Of a stretch of DNA of 64,000 bases, positions 51,849 to 64,000 are shown piece after piece (position 1 is the first letter of the stretch; each line of letters opens with the position of its first letter). This DNA is from Cirrosporium novae-zelandiae. Its lineage: Eukaryota. The stretch spans positions 1,240,001 through 1,304,000 of the forward strand of contig JAPETS010000002.1 of NCBI GenBank assembly GCA_026023565.1. The letters are read 5' to 3'. The position numbers were made by a program, and so were the translations under genes. A model generated the notes under the pieces. It searched no databases and was not told where the DNA came from. It saw only the letters and a program-made list of their open reading frames with translations.

Positions 51849-52226
51849 ATGCCTCCCTCCCCCCCCCATCTCCGCCTCCGCTCCCTCTACCGTTCTCTCC
51901 TCCGCGAACTCCCCAAACGCCCCAACGGCGGTCCCCTATCCAACCCCTCACCCCTCCAACGTCATCTCCGCACCTCCTTCTCCACCCCACCACTATCACC
52001 ATCACTATCGTCCCAACCTTCCAATAAACACACAGCGCGGAAAATTCAGGAGGCGGAGCAATATGTACAGTATATACGCGCGCAGAGGATGTATGTGACG
52101 TTGCTGGAGAGATATAATCCGGGTATGGGTATGGATGAGGAGGAGAGGGTTAGGTTGACTGCTAGGAGGGTGGGGATGGATTTGCCGGTGGAGATGGAGG
52201 TAGATGTGGGGAGGGGAAGGGAGTAG
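51849..52226 (+). CDS. FMC1: Mitochondrial ATP synthase assembly factor Fmc1
   Basis: LYR motif LRSLYRSLLREL, then YIRAQRMYVTLLERYNPG..EEERVRLTARRVGMDLP. Confidence 0.92.
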   Translation: MPPSPPHLRLRSLYRSLLRELPKRPNGGPLSNPSPLQRHLRTSFSTPPLSPSLSSQPSNKHTARKIQEAEQYVQYIRAQRMYVTLLERYNPGMGMDEEERVRLTARRVGMDLPVEMEVDVGRGRE

Positions 52227-53289
52227 GAGGGTTTGGTAGTAAGAGGGTGTGAGTCTGGAAAGGCGAGGTAGGGCAAGGCGAGGCAAGGTACTGTACAATG
52301 TCGAGGTGCCTGAAGCCCGCTGCGCAATATGACACCGATACCGCCTCTACCAATACCCCAAGGTCGCTATGATGACCGAATACGAAAAGCCTACCGTATC
52401 AGTCCTCAATTGGAAGAAAACACGATTGTGTGAGGAGATATGAGAATCATAGTTCTGATCTCAGAACTCTACAGCATTTCCTCGCTATTCACTCTATCCC
52501 TATGAAACTAGAGGGGGCCACCCCGCCCGGGAAGAGCAGATTCCATTCCATCTCAATCCTTCTGCGCCCTCCCCCTCCCCCCCACTAACTTTCGAGACGC
52601 TCCTCTGCTATGAGCAAACCACACCACTTCTACATTTCGCAGATCTCTATTTTATTTTACTTTTTATCTTACACCAACATCTAAGGGATCTTCGCCTTTC
52701 TAATACCCCCCCCCCTTCCCTTTTGGGTGGCCCTACACACACACACTTATACTATACGATATATACCATCACAAACAAAGCGTTCCATGAAAAAAAAGAA
52801 TAGGGAGAAGTCTAAAAGGTGATTATTAGGATATGGTATGGTGGTGCGGGGAAATGCGTTTCTCTCTACCAAGTAAAAAAACCAAAAAAAATATGAGGTT
52901 CTTATATATATAGCAACAGGAGAAAGGAAGAGAATAAGGAGAATGTTTCGCTTGAGGTTTATATATTACTTCAGACCCTACGATTTTTCATAGACACACG
53001 CGATTGGACGGTATGGTATACATGGTATGGTATGGTATACCTAATGTATGTATGGTGTATGGGTCTACGATAGGGAAATGAAACAAAATAATTAAGTAAT
53101 ACTGTACAGTACATATATACTACCACACCAAAAGCTAATTAGTGATTAGTTACACTACTGTAGTATCAGTGTTCTTCTAAAGGGTAATACTAAGAAAATA
53201 CTAATGCTAAATCGATACCGGTTCCCTTGCATGAGGCCTTTTCCCGTGAGATTAAGATAAGGGTAGGGGCAGAAATGAAAGTGGGCCGG

Positions 53290-53490
53290 ACCAGACCCAA
53301 AGGTGGAGTTAGAAAACCGACCTTGGGGGAGGCCATGAACCCCAAATCTATTGTCAACATATTCGCAGCTGTTGTTTTGCTTCTCAGATATTTGGGAGGC
53401 CTTTCAAATTGAGTTTTTATTAAAAACTGATTTTTGTTTCAAGGTCTCCTCCCAAGGTTACTTTTCTGGTTCCATTATGGTATCTAATTA
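53290..53490. repeat. Degenerate inverted repeat (MITE-like relic)
   Basis: GAAAACCGACCTTGGGGGAGGCC (53312-53334) versus the reverse complement of 53443-53466, GAAAAGTAACCTTGGGAGGAGACC; similarity extends on both sides. Confidence 0.5.
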
Positions 53491-54096
53491 GATTTTTTCT
53501 ATAAATTTTTTATACTGTCAAAGGGAAGAGTGTTGCAGTGCCTAAAGCACAGCTGACTAGTGGTTGATATGGTCTGTGCGCCCACCTAGAATTAGTGCTC
53601 CACTAGCCGTACTACCTGAACCACACGAGTTCCACGTCCATGTTTAATTGTCGGTATTGGAGATGTTATATTGGACTTTGTAATCTCAAAGGTAGATGAC
53701 TCCAGGTGAATTGTAAATAGTGGTGAGTTATTTAAATGTGTAGAGGTTTCAATTATATATTATGAAGAGTGAGGTCTCCTAAACTGTCCCCGCTAGCAGG
53801 GATGCCATGTAAGGATTATGATTCGTGCATGTAAATATTACTCAGTAAGTTACTGTGTGCAGCTAGAAATCTAGGCACCCTTGTTCTACACTACAAATAC
53901 AACCCTAACAATCAAACCAGATCAGCATCGTTAACTCTCATAAACACTTGTTGGTCTATCCATATAGCCAAGAGCCCCATTCTCTACTATCCAAAAACTG
54001 GCCAAAATACACCGGGATTAACTCCAGATCAAGACAGCGGGCCACCAACCCTGCAGCCCCGCAGTACCCAAAACATCAGATTCACAGCTCTTCAAG

Positions 54097-54816
54097 ATGC
54101 AGAACCCCCCCAAGCCACAGGCAGAGGCTTTTTTGCAATCTAAATTCTTAGCCTCCATACCGCCAGAGATTCGCATCCAAATCTATAAAGAAGTTTTGGT
54201 CTATAAACATCCTATCCCACTTCGCTCATATACTTTAATCCTCAACCCATATTCAGCTGAGAAACCAAAAGTGACAGCAGAATGCCTGGAGTACAGGGTT
54301 CCAGGATTGCTTCAGGTCAACTCTCAAATACGAGCAGAAACCGATAATCTTTTTTGGAACAAGAACGTATTTTATATCAACGCATCTCAACCAAATTCGG
54401 TGAACTCATTGTTCACGTTGCCTGAGCATCTCAAACAGGAGCTCCGACATCTATGCATCTACGTCGATAGAGACACCTACGTGACTTCCACCGATTACTG
54501 GTTCCGTACCACAACCGCAGGACTTAGGGGGTGTCAGACTGCCCGCCTTTGGGAGTGGGACACGGTCCACCCTGCAGCGTTCAAACATCTCCCATATGGA
54601 GACCAGATGCAATATGAATCTTTCACCAGCAGAAACCTGACGCAGATAGACCAAGCCATCAAATATGGCGCTCGATTTTGCCAAAATCTTTTGGATGTTC
54701 GGCTTGATTTGGGGGACATCAAAGCTCGGCAAAATGATGCTTTGGAGATTCTAGCTATCTCCAAGATACTGGGATCTGGGGTGAAGGTGGAAGTTACAGG
54801 GAAATTTATCAAATAA
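54097..54816 (+). CDS. F-box-like (2EXR/DUF7730-type N-terminus) hypothetical protein, possibly truncated
   Basis: FLASIPPEIRIQIYKEVL and LLQVNSQIRAETDNLFWNKNVF motifs; two in-frame TAAs precede a likely 3' intron. Confidence 0.65.
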   Translation: MQNPPKPQAEAFLQSKFLASIPPEIRIQIYKEVLVYKHPIPLRSYTLILNPYSAEKPKVTAECLEYRVPGLLQVNSQIRAETDNLFWNKNVFYINASQPNSVNSLFTLPEHLKQELRHLCIYVDRDTYVTSTDYWFRTTTAGLRGCQTARLWEWDTVHPAAFKHLPYGDQMQYESFTSRNLTQIDQAIKYGARFCQNLLDVRLDLGDIKARQNDALEILAISKILGSGVKVEVTGKFIK

Positions 54817-55830
54817 GCGGCTAAGAGGAAGCTTGGGGCCTAAGATTTGGGTATTTTTTTCTCTGTTATAGTTCATCCTTGGTCAATGCAATCTGCTAAC
54901 GACTTACGTAACAGGTAGAGAGAACACTGGAACCTCGGCGTTGGAACAAGAAAATGTAGTTTTGATGGATATCCTTCTCATTCCAGTTGGTAGCTTATAT
55001 TAATTATAGGGGGGCCATGAAGTGTGTATGAAGTGCAGAATATAATTATTTGATGATTGTTTACCGAGTTGCCATAGTAGGTTCTTTGGATGTCACGTGG
55101 GTGTTTGGAAATAATGACGTTGACAGTTGAAGTAAAATAACCCGCTACCCCGGTTTTCTTCAGGGTTCTTCAGGGTTCTTCATGATTTACTGTTGGTTGT
55201 CGTGGTTGTTGAATGGCGCGAATAAGCCCCACCTAGATTCTTCATCCATCCAGAGCCAATGCCTAAGGCGCCCTAAACAAAAGCCAAAACCAATAAAGTT
55301 ATGCTTGAACTGCGTCATAGGGTCGTTGTGCTCATAACTTGCACGTCACATCATGCTTGCCATGCTGTCTTACCAACTTATTTCGCGTTTCATCATTCTG
55401 GGTGGTAGTTTCTCGTTCTCTCGTTCTGTGACTCCCCTTGGCTGGAATTCAAAACTAACCATCACCTGAACACTTTGTGGTTGTTGTAGTAGACTACTCT
55501 TTGATGCCTTGTCTTTCCAAGCTTGAGAGGTTCCACAAAGAATAGCTACTGGCCGCAAACATACATTTACTACTACTTACTTCCACATTCTTTCTCCCTT
55601 CTACCACGCAGATTCCCCCCCCCCCCCTTTCTTCAAATCATACCATACCTACTTACTCAGAAAAACTCCATATTTTCTTGACATTTTCTTCGCCTTGTTG
55701 TTAACAGCTAACTGCGCAATACAACACAATACGATATAATACCTCGTTTTCAATATTCGAACAGCCAACTCCCGCAAATCCACAGCCCTATCGCAATAAC
55801 AACAACAAGAACAAGAACCCTCCATCAAAA

Positions 55831-56483
55831 ATGGCCAAATACGCCATCACTTGGGTATTAATTATCCGAGCAATCCAAGCTGTCTTCGCAATAATAATCC
55901 TAGGATTAATGGCCTACGGTACCTTGACCTCTTCCCCCCTCCTCCTCTCCATTCCAAACCACTAACTATAAAAACAGTCGCCAACGTCTTCTCCCACACC
56001 TATACCTATTACGACGATGGCTTCTACGGAACCGTCAACAGCTCGCCCCCCAGCCGCGTAAACTTCATGCTCTTCAACGCCTGCTGGACCATCCTAGCCC
56101 TCGTCTTCCTAGTCTTCATCCCCTACATCGCTGCCGAAGCTGCACACAAATATGCCATCCTAGCCGTCGATGCTGTTACTATGATCTTCTGGTTTGCGGG
56201 GTGGATCGCGCTGGCGGATTTGGCAGGTGGGTTGGGGGGTTGTGGTGCTACTGTTTGTAATGCGATTGATGCGGGGGCGGCGTTTGGGGCTTTTATTTGG
56301 TAAGGGTGTTTCCATATGCTGTGTTGGATTGATTGAATGACTGATTTCGATTTTTTTTTTTTAAACAGGGTCGCCTTCGTCGCAACTACCATTACCTCGG
56401 CTCTATACTGCCGAAATCACCGTCACGAAAGTACCTATGAACCTAGGGATGAACCCGCCGTGGCTATGGAACAACGAGTTTGA
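55831..56483 (+). CDS. MARVEL (membrane-associating) domain protein, four transmembrane helices
   Basis: Spliced MAKYAITWVLIIRAIQAVFAIIILGLMAY|VANVF..PSRVNFMLFNACWT..DAVTMIFWFAGWIALA..AAFGAFIW|VAFVATT. Introns at about 55919-55977 and 56300-56368. Confidence 0.88.
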
Positions 56484-57560
56484 CATGTTTGATGTATGAC
56501 AACAACCTAAGGGGAAAAAAAAATAGGGATCGGAGATATCTCCTTCCTCTGATGGGAAATGACTTTATTATTATTATTATTTCTTAACAATGAGTGCGCA
56601 GTGCACGGGTGGTAGTGGTGGCTTCATTCGGAGTACATATATGATGTGATACGATTACGGAAAATAATACTTTTTTTTTTTGCTTTGCAATGGAATTGAA
56701 TTAGTCTAAGCGAAATACCCGTTTGTTATTTATTGGTCTGTTTTGTTTAAACATCTACGGGTCCTATCTGTTAACCCTATCTATTCCTTAAGAATTAAAA
56801 AGAAAAAAAACATGTTTTTTATATCATCTCAGTCAAATAAATAACCCCCCCACCCCCGCCCCCTTTAATAAGTCTTTTCCATTCCCTATTCCTATTCTCG
56901 TCTTCTTATAACACCTTCAATTTTATTTTATTCTTTTATTCTTTTTATTTAGTGTTTTGGAAGGTTAGATATTATTACCTAGTAATTAGGGAATGGTAAG
57001 GTAGGTACAGTACCTTAGGTATCTATGTTTTCCATTTTCTATTTTTTTATTTTTTATTTTTTCGGGGGTGTACAGTAAGTAAGTAAGTAGGGGTAATAAC
57101 AAATAGCATTTGGTTCGGTTTGGTTTGGTTTGGTCAACTTTAACCCCCTATCTATCTATCTATCTATCGATATAGATAGTTCTTTCTATCTTCCTTCACC
57201 TAGTCACCCACTAATTATATCTTGTTTAAAAAAAAAATTAAAAATTAAAAAAATCCACTCACTCACGCGTCTTTTGGGGGGTATCTATGATCCATCTCGG
57301 TTTCCGCTTAATCACAATTAAGTATGCCACTCTTCCCCCTCTTTCCTTCTTCCGGTTTTTATCCCACATCGAATTTGCCATATATATCCCATCCCTTAAC
57401 ACAAAAACATATAATCCAGCAGTAGCAAAGTTGCCAAATCCCTACATTCTTTAAGATGTTACAGTGTACTAGTACTAGAGGAGGGTCTACTTTGAGATTG
57501 TGTATGCACATCTTCTCGAAATTTGTGCCTGATACACCCTCGTATTGATATTTTGCAAAA

Positions 57561-58301
57561 CTAGCCTTTGAAATCCTCGGAGAAGAGAGGGAGAGAGGGA
57601 ATTAGTCTATCGTTTTTAGGTGTTCGTTCAGAGAGAGAGAGAGAGAGAGAGTTGTTTTCTGATACAATAAAGTGTCGTGGTGGCTTTTTTTTTAAACTTA
57701 CCGTACCAAGTCCCTTCTTCATCCTATCCCATCGCTCAAGGATCTTGTGGCACCTTGTGGCGTGGATATCCGATAGGAGGCTGACCGTAGTATCTTGTGG
57801 CAACCAAGCGAGATACCTAAATAAATACTCCAAGGTTCCTCTGTCTATGCTTTCGTCGTCGAGATGCATCCACCTGGCAGACCCCTCCTCCAGGAACAGT
57901 CCCACCGTTTTTAGATTCTTGCAATACCTCAGGCCGCGGTAGGCGAGGTGGTGAATCCCTCTCATGTCGTCAAGATCTGGTATCTGGATGCAGAGATGTT
58001 CTAGTCTGGACTTTTTTTGCTCCACGAGATTGAGGTGGTGTTGCATATCATTATCATCATCTGAACTGAGGTCGATGAAATGTGTTGGCTTTGTGAAAGC
58101 GTCAAGCGCTTCATCTCGAATCCGGCTGTTCGTCGGGAGGATGTTACGGGCATTTGGAGCTCTGCATAGGCACTTGTGAGGATATTCTTGAGCATCTGTC
58201 GAGTCCAGAGCCACGAGAGGGCCATGAAAGAAAACCATCATATATATCTTTAGACGAATCTCTACTGGAAGGCGTATGAATGGCGATAGATTTAGCGGCA
58301 T
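57561..58301 (-). CDS. F-box-like hypothetical protein
   Basis: SPFIRLPVEIRLKIYMMVF and ILPTNSRIRDEALDAF motifs; GTAAGT donor at 57701, so the true C-terminus is uncertain. Confidence 0.65.
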   Translation of the reverse strand: MPLNLSPFIRLPVEIRLKIYMMVFFHGPLVALDSTDAQEYPHKCLCRAPNARNILPTNSRIRDEALDAFTKPTHFIDLSSDDDNDMQHHLNLVEQKKSRLEHLCIQIPDLDDMRGIHHLAYRGLRYCKNLKTVGLFLEEGSARWMHLDDESIDRGTLEYLFRYLAWLPQDTTVSLLSDIHATRCHKILERWDRMKKGLGTVSLKKKPPRHFIVSENNSLSLSLSERTPKNDRLIPSLPLFSEDFKG

Positions 58302-59739
58302 GTTGTATTCTCTGGTGATAAAGAAGTTAGCAAGTTGCTTGGTCCAGAAGAAAATATATGGCGATCCAGAGTACAGACCTAGAGGTGGAACCAAAAGATG
58401 TCCTTAGTGGTATGAATTAGGTTGTTATTGTTCTGTTGTTTCTCTCTCTCTCAAGCTTTCTTTTATAATATACTTGTCCTGTTTGTGCCTTCATCTTTCC
58501 TTCATCCGTGCTTTTCCCTTGTAACACTTGGAGAAGGCCTTTAAATAAAATCATTTTTCAAATAAGGTAAACCATAACCCAGCTTTTGCCTGGAGGTCTG
58601 CCCCAGAGTCAAAAAGCGACAATAGGCTTTTTATTCAAAGGTTGACTTGAGTTATAGCCCGATTTTGTTTAAAACCCTCCCGAAAGTCACTTTTCTACCA
58701 AACCAACTATTGTAAATTCCGCCTACCAGTTCATTAAAACAGAAAATGATTCTCCGACCGGGTCCACCTACACATTGGGCGTGTATGACTCGCACGCGGG
58801 TAGTGATATATATATCATTCTTGCTCTCGTGAAAATGATATAATAGCTAGAGGAGTGGCTTGATAAGACATCAGGATTAGTATCTTTTAATCATCGACAC
58901 AAGCTGGGTAGTTTACCTCTTCACAATATGGGGCTCCATATCTCTAAATACTCATACTCATACTCACTTACAACAGTACCTTCAAGAATATTATTTTTCT
59001 TGGCTCTCTGATTCCTTTGAATTAAGTTGCGAAAAACAACAACTAAACCATTCTTTGAATATTAGAAACTATGTGCTTTTCTACTGTGGATAAATTAACG
59101 GGGTTCTTTTCTTAGAGGGGGCAAATAGTACCTGCATTTGGATTTCCTTGTCGGTGTCAATTGTTGTCCATGGCAATCTCACGACCAGACCATGTGTTAT
59201 TCTCAGAAGCTCCTTAAATAAACGCAAATAAGCATTGTCCGTCAGCTCATTAAGCATCATAGGATGCAGGTTTATTTTACCCTGTACTCTTTTCTTGCTT
59301 GTTATGTAGCATTTTGTTTAAGGAAATCGGATAGGCGCATTCAGGAGCCGTCCCCTTTGTTCCACATGTGAACCAGAGCTGTTGTAATGTATAGGCCGTA
59401 TATATTGACTGATTAGTTGATTGATTGATTGATTGATGTATATATCACATATAGAAACGTTTGCTGGGGTTTGAAACTTCCAGAAAGGGCTTGTTGGTGT
59501 GTTTCCGAGAATGTTCCAGTGCCATCTCCTAATGGTTTGTTGTATTAGTTCATAAGAAGTCTTGAACTTCCATCTGGCAGCTCTCAGAATCTCAAATTTC
59601 TAATCTACCCATATGGTTTCTCATCTTCGTAGAGCGCATGTGTCATCAACTCGGGACGTATTCAAGCCAAGACCCATATCCCAGAGTACCAAAGTTACTT
59701 TCATGGTGGCGAGAATGCTAACCCCAGGTTTGGATAAAA

Positions 59740-60588
59740 ATGGCTAGCCCTAGATCCCAAATAGCACTGCCGGTTGAAATCCTTGCAAGAATATGCGAGT
59801 ACTCATTAATTCATAACCATGAGATCCTTCTCCATCAACGCTTCATCCGTTCCGCCTCCCTGGAATCCTTTCATTATGGAAATGACGAATTACTTCCTCG
59901 GTCAAGCTTCAAATGTCCCTTAACTTGTGGAACATTTCCACCATCTTCCAGTCTCGCACAACTGAAGACATTCACTGCCGCCCCGTTATTAAAAACCCTG
60001 GTTCTCCGTGCAGAGGTCATTCGCGCGTTCTACGGCTTCAGCACATTCGCATTCTTTCTCGCCCGTCAGATGCCAGGTACGCCATATATGCTAGATCAGT
60101 TTTTTACTCTTCCTCAACACATGAAGAATGCCTTGCACCACATCCTAGTTCACATTTATGATCCTGAGTTGGCTAAAGCGACAAGGGGTTCCTTGGCAGA
60201 CGAACGTAATATCATCTATGCCATGATGGCATATTTTATCAAGAAAGGGATCAAAAATTGTGATAACCTTGAAACCTTCACAATCATATCCCATAGACGT
60301 ATGTGCTCTTCCTGGTTTTTCAATTCGGGGGAAAGAGTGATCTCTATATTTTCCCATATACCACAGAAATGCCATATAGAGATCAAGGGATATATAAAGA
60401 AGATGTATATGGATGTGATGAAACGATGGAATGTGAAAAGAAAGCAGTTAATTGCAGTAAGTTACAAGTATAGTGACCTAACAATAAGTCAGAATAAAAG
60501 GCTCTCTGTTGTTGCAAGCAGGTGTGCAAGCAGTCCACATCCACCTTGGATTCTATTACCCCAGACCAATCCAAATTTTGAGATTTGA
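59740..60588 (+). CDS. F-box-like hypothetical protein
   Basis: LPVEILARICEYSL and LLKTLVLRAEVIRAFYGFSTF motifs; GTAAGT donor near 60457, so the true C-terminus is uncertain. Confidence 0.65.
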   Translation: MASPRSQIALPVEILARICEYSLIHNHEILLHQRFIRSASLESFHYGNDELLPRSSFKCPLTCGTFPPSSSLAQLKTFTAAPLLKTLVLRAEVIRAFYGFSTFAFFLARQMPGTPYMLDQFFTLPQHMKNALHHILVHIYDPELAKATRGSLADERNIIYAMMAYFIKKGIKNCDNLETFTIISHRRMCSSWFFNSGERVISIFSHIPQKCHIEIKGYIKKMYMDVMKRWNVKRKQLIAVSYKYSDLTISQNKRLSVVASRCASSPHPPWILLPQTNPNFEI

Positions 60589-63500
60589 AGCTGATCATCA
60601 TTTTCCGATCCAGGATGAACTCCTGGAGGCTGAAGGAGGTAATCCACTTGCTACTTTCCGGGAACTGAAGGAGGAAACTCTCGGCGAAGAAGTAAACATC
60701 AAGCTCGCTGTTTAAATAAGGTGTTTTCCGGGATCCGAAAATCGTGGAACGCGCAACTGCCAACTATTGGGTTTCTACTTTGAGATCCTCCTTTTCTGTG
60801 CCTAAAAATAGAAATATGGATTGTGGAAAAGAACAAGCTTCGATACTTGTGGGTTTGGAATATTAGTTCCGTTAAAAGATATGAGTTCTAAACCTAAGCC
60901 ATTGTTGAGGTCCGAGGAAAGGTGGTCTGCATGTTTTGGCGGAGACCTCAGGCCTCAATATTAGGAAAGGTTATGTAAATTGCTCTTTACGGTATATATG
61001 CAAACTAGAGTAGAAGTATGTTAGCTCGAGTCATCAGAAATCCATTCACCAAGGTACAACCTACTAGGTGTTGTAAGTTTCTTTAACTTCCTATTCTAAC
61101 ATATTCATTGTTCTCTATAAATTGGCAGGTTGACTTATGGCTCTTTTGGGCTTTGCTACCTTGACTTTTTTTTACCTTCTTCTCTTGTTAAATTGGCCCA
61201 CTTTCAAGTCTGATAGGGAAATCTTATCTTTTGAGGAAAGCTTTATGGAAATCTGTTAATAGTAGGTGTATATGTAAATGTTGATGAACAGAGGAGGATA
61301 TCCTTAAAGTCTGGGGATCTTTAACTTTAAAATTGGTTGAATTGCAACATCTCCGGTGATCAACGATAAGCCATTAGAAGGGGAAGATCCTCAAAGCTAA
61401 CAAGTGACGATCGACAGCTGATGTTCATTCAATCCACCGACCTTACTAAAATAACCTACTCGGTGTCCGTGGCTAACACAAGCAATTTCAAGGTACCGGT
61501 AGTCATCAAGACCCGCAGAATACACTAAGCACTTCTGCTCTGGTCCCATCTCTTGTGCTCGCGAATATGCGGATCTCGAGAAGGTATGAAGGCTTATGGC
61601 AGATTTACTCTTAAGTTTTCAAGCCATCTCTAATTGATGATGCTCCATACCACACGCATTCTAGATGTAAAGCATTAATACATAGATGGATGGTATCCTT
61701 ACACTTGAGAGCGTTAACATGAGAGGTGCCAATAGGAAATTAGAGAAGTGGTAACAATAGCAATAAGTAATACATATCGATATCTTAAAATACGTGAATG
61801 GTGAACAAACCAACAAGCTTAACCGAACCTTGTGTTCATAATCAAACTCAAGGAGCTTCTGTCGACATGATAGTAATTGGACGCCTTGATTATGACTCTG
61901 CACTGATCATTGTTAGTGTACTAATAGCCCGAGCATCTCTGGACTGTGAAAACCCGACGGAGATGTCATATCTAGATAACCAGTAAACCGGAGTACCAAT
62001 CGCGGGCGCGCATTGAACTACCAAGATTTTAATAGCTATTTTTCATTGCATCTAGGAGGTCTTTGAGCGAAATTAAATTCGTAATCAATATTGTGGTATG
62101 AGTTCGTGCAGATTGCTTAAAAATTCAACTCAAAGTACTTTAACTCTACACAAGATCAAGATCTCGCATAGACTTAATCTTGCCGAGGAATGCACAAACT
62201 TTGGGAATGAGGTATATTTGGTCGCAGACGGATGCATTGAGCCCTGAGTATGATGCCTAGGCATGTTTTAGCTGTCGTTGAGATTGTCTGATAGAATTAA
62301 GAAGAGCTATTATCAGAACCAATTGCAGGTTGCCCTTGCATTATGCGCCCAAGCGGTTAGGGTATCTTAAACGATTGGCGACTTCATGGACGATTTCAAT
62401 AATCGCAATTCCCTGTCACGGGATATTAATACGGCTTGCAAATATAATAGAAGAGATTAATGGATTTGTGGGGAGCTATCGCGTACGAAGCTGAAACAGA
62501 CGCTTTGAAGTTCGTGGTTAGAGAGCGAGCGCTTATCTCCCCTCAAGTTGTTCGAAGCTAAACAAGTCACAACGGATGAGGTGTTTGAGATTCGAGGTAC
62601 AAGGAACATTACCAAGATTGGAGGAATACGGGCGCATCGCTGAATCGACGGATCGGTAGACTTGTGAGAGGTAGAAAATAATATTCATAGGACATAGGAG
62701 AATTCCAAGTCTCCGTGTTAGAGTAGGACAGCGCAGCCATGCAGGGCAATAAGGAAGGCACCCATTAAGCTGGTAGTTAATTGCAAGCTTGAACGTGGAT
62801 AAGTTGCAGGCATTCATTCTTTTTTTTTTCATTTCATTTTCCACTGTCCGTGTCTCGGAAGCGGTGTGGCTGGCTGCTTTGTTGGCGAGTGGAGCTTTGA
62901 CTCAGTTACTGTGCCACAAGACAACGATTATCCCAGATTAAAGGTTGAATATTGAGAAAGAATTGCAAAAGCGGAAGAATACCACCATATCTTTGTAAGG
63001 GAAAATGATAGAGAGCATTATTCGGTCTGTTGGAATGATAGATGGCGTTGTTCCAGCCTGATGTTTGACTTGGTTACATGAAGAAACTCGGGAGGCATCC
63101 ATTCACTGTGGACCGATTCTCTCTTTCTATCTCTCTTTACTCTCTCGTTGATCACCGTTTCCAAATAGAGTCACTCTCCGACCAATAAATACCTGGGTGG
63201 CCACTGAACTATTGCTTGATAACCTTGGAGCTGATTAACTAATGAATTGCGAATATTTGGGCTGTAACTTAACTTATGAGCTTGCTAAGGTGAAGAGTGG
63301 ATTGATTTAATGAAGGTTGATAGCTGATTCTTCGTCATTTACATGGGTTCTTTGATTCTATTTGGTACTACCATAGTACCGTTATATAAGATAGGCTGGG
63401 TTGTGGCTGGGGATGGAGCACAAGTAACCAGGTAACCAAATAATTGATCAAAGTACGTACCTCAACAAAAACCAATGAAGCTGTCAAATCGTCATGTGGC

Positions 63501-64000
63501 TGAACTGTGGCTGGGGAAATCATTGGTAATGGCTGAGAACACCCCCGCCACTCCCCCCCACCCTTCTTCTATCAAAGTTTGGCTGCTCAATCTAAGGGTG
63601 TGTTCTAGACAGTTAATGCCATCATTCACATCAGTTCATGTCTGAAAAAGAAAAAAGATCGGAATGTTTTACTTTGGTAGAATCTCCAGAATCTTCCCTG
63701 CAGGTCTATCAGAAGCTTCTTCAAAAAATTTGTCAACCTTTTTTCTCCAAAAAAACACTTTAATCCTTAGGCCATGCACCTACTGGACCCTGTCGGTGAA
63801 GGAATAATTAATTACTTCCAACGGGTAGGCTATCACTTACTGAACTGGTAATTAATCGGATAATATAGCGGTCTAGAAAGGGAAAAAGGGAAAACAGGAA
63901 TGTTGAATAGTTTCTTTTAACCAGGGTTTACCCGAACACATTGGGTATCGTACTCAGTAGATATTCGTAGGACTGACGAACCGATGAGGCTGATGGCGAT

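Noticed and set aside
61300..63200. Possible pseudogene or transposon remnant in the distal region
   Set aside because: Only short ORFs with no recognisable domains, LTRs or terminal repeats were seen by eye.

Overview
Intron-containing eukaryotic DNA from a filamentous ascomycete (Pezizomycotina; GT-AG introns of about 50 nt with CTAAC/CTGAC branch sites). The window opens with a degraded multi-domain patatin phospholipase pseudogene and a repeat-rich transposon-end relic (1.6-7.2 kb). A conserved housekeeping block follows: LIS1/nudF divergent from STU2/XMAP215, a 12-exon RPL8, NCS6, a U2 snRNA gene, MDP-1 phosphatase, an LRR protein, MER3 helicase, a UDP-galactose transporter, a Ser/Pro-rich unknown, CDC4, HOP1, a secreted flavin oxidoreductase, an EngB-like GTPase and FMC1. 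The AT-rich accessory tail (53-64 kb) holds three divergent F-box-like genes and a MARVEL-domain gene. Two non-coding observations stand out. (1) The U2 snRNA gene is split by a canonical 50-nt spliceosomal intron. (2) The 467-nt first intron of RPL8 contains a large folded RNA element (18-bp stem with sense-strand G-U pairs, a GCAA tetraloop hairpin, crossing helices) that encloses a second intron-like sequence or alternative 3' splice site. All calls come from reading the sequence by eye; no database searches were run.
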